The position numbers were made by a program, and so were the translations under genes. From Basidiobolus meristosporus CBS 931.73 (taxonomy: Eukaryota; Fungi; Basidiobolomycota), in contig MCFE01000002.1 in assembly GCA_002104905.1 (NCBI GenBank), positions 62,001 to 126,000 on the forward strand: DNA of 64,000 nt, in the 5' to 3' direction. This document shows, piece by piece, positions 62,880-64,000 of this stretch. Position 1 is the first letter of the stretch. Each line of letters begins with the position of its first letter. The notes beneath the pieces were generated by a model. It was not told the DNA's origin and did not search any database. It was given only the letters and a program-made list of their open reading frames with translations.

Positions 62880-63770
62880 CAATAGACTTCACGTGAATGC
62901 CTAGAGGCACTATATAGTCTTGGAAGTGATTTGAGAAAAATTGGTAGAAATGGTGCGTTTGACTTGTTTGTTGATTGCGTAAGAATAGATATTCTGGTAT
63001 AACTTGGTACAGATGCCTATTGGAAAGTGTTGCAGAGCATCTTACAAAGATGTTTGCAGAATGCGGAGTCTTTGGGGTAACTTTGGACATACTCAATCAT
63101 TTTAACTTTCATTACACAAAAGGATTGATGATGTATGATATGATTTTCTAGTCTGTATCATATCTAGTATAAAATGCTATACCGCTTATTTGTAAAAGTC
63201 GGGCCGTCTCGAAGTTCATCACTCGAGATCTCGATATATACAAGCAAAAGCGGGCTTGCCAATGTTGGAGTAGGAAAACAGCAGTGAATCAAATTAAAAT
63301 CCCAGTGGCAATCCCTGATGAATACCATACGAAAAACAACAATGTTGACTCTAAAAAAGCAGTGTTAGGGATTTCATTAGAGTATGGTACAATAATGTTG
63401 TGGGACTTTTGGAGATACTGGAGGTAATTAGGTGAATAACATTTAGGTGTAAATACAAAATGTACAACAGCTTTCATTTAACAATTTATTGAATGCAAAA
63501 TTGGTAGCTGTACTTTTACAAGGCTTTGGGACAAAAAAATGTAGAATTTATTTTGATGAAGGTTTCTAGAACATGTGTGCAAAGTCTGGGGTCTTCTGGA
63601 CAACTTTACAAGTTTTGATATTCTGGGTACCTTGCATTTTGGTGAAAATATTCCAAGCAAATCCCAACAAAACATTTGGGCAGCTCAAATAGACTGGGAT
63701 CCAGAAGTCCAAGTTGATGCAATTATTGGGTGTAAGTACAACATTTACAACAAATAGGACATAGATCTCA
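62880..63770 (-). repeat. Dispersed AT-rich repeat family, two copies (about 62880-63090 and 63390-63770)
   Basis: gtgtgcaaagtctgggg...ggacaacttt...ctgggtacc...ttttggtgaaaatattccaagcaaatcccaacaa matches the 21000-22000 copies. The 62880 copy shares aatcacttccaa and the core spacing. Confidence 0.8.
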
Positions 63771-64000
63771 ATATGCTCTCTCTATATGCGAAATGGGTTT
63801 CCCCAAATTATCAGCAATCCAAACGTGTTAAGAGGAGTGAAATACTATCAATAAGCCATGCGCAAAAGGTGGTAATGCCAACAACAGAGGGATGACACTC
63901 AAGTTGGAAATCCCCACTAGGGAAGTAGAGGCACTGTCAGAACCAGAAGAAATATCCAACTTCTGCTTTTCTATGCGGTCTCACCATTACACTACACCCA

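Noticed and set aside
1-64000. tRNA, rRNA or snRNA genes
   Set aside because: No cloverleaf with a GTTCRA T-loop, and no recognisable rRNA or snRNA sequence was seen by eye. tRNAscan-SE or Infernal would be decisive.

Overview
Eukaryotic nuclear DNA from an early-diverging (non-Dikarya) fungus. This placement is an inference from the short GT-AG introns (about 50-110 nt) and from genes such as Twinkle, ELM1, SCCPDH and FAM32A; a Basidiobolus-like zoopagomycete is a guess. About 21 apparently intact genes: SSS-family symporter, Baeyer-Villiger monooxygenase, Pcl-type cyclin, SCCPDH, ELM1-like protein, OFA-family MFS transporter, cytochrome P450, thiamine pyrophosphokinase, TVP23, MATA-type HMG-box factor, SYG1, CBM18/GPI protein, Twinkle, GSKIP-like protein, ornithine aminotransferase, DUF676-type hydrolase, F-box/LRR protein, FAM32A and three unknown proteins. 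The spacers contain a dispersed family of ~350-400 bp AT-rich repeats (about 10 copies in three clusters, mixed orientation), several decayed Ty3/gypsy pol fragments, and decayed copies of cellular genes (ARF-like, Ras-superfamily, and possibly SET and GH32). No rRNA, tRNA, CRISPR or biosynthetic gene cluster could be supported. The best leads are a Twinkle with an intact zinc ribbon but degenerate primase catalytic motifs, a fungal ELM1 mitochondrial-fission homolog, the repeat arrays, and the decayed gene copies. I found no clearly novel multi-gene system. Splice models and relic calls were made by eye and need confirmation.
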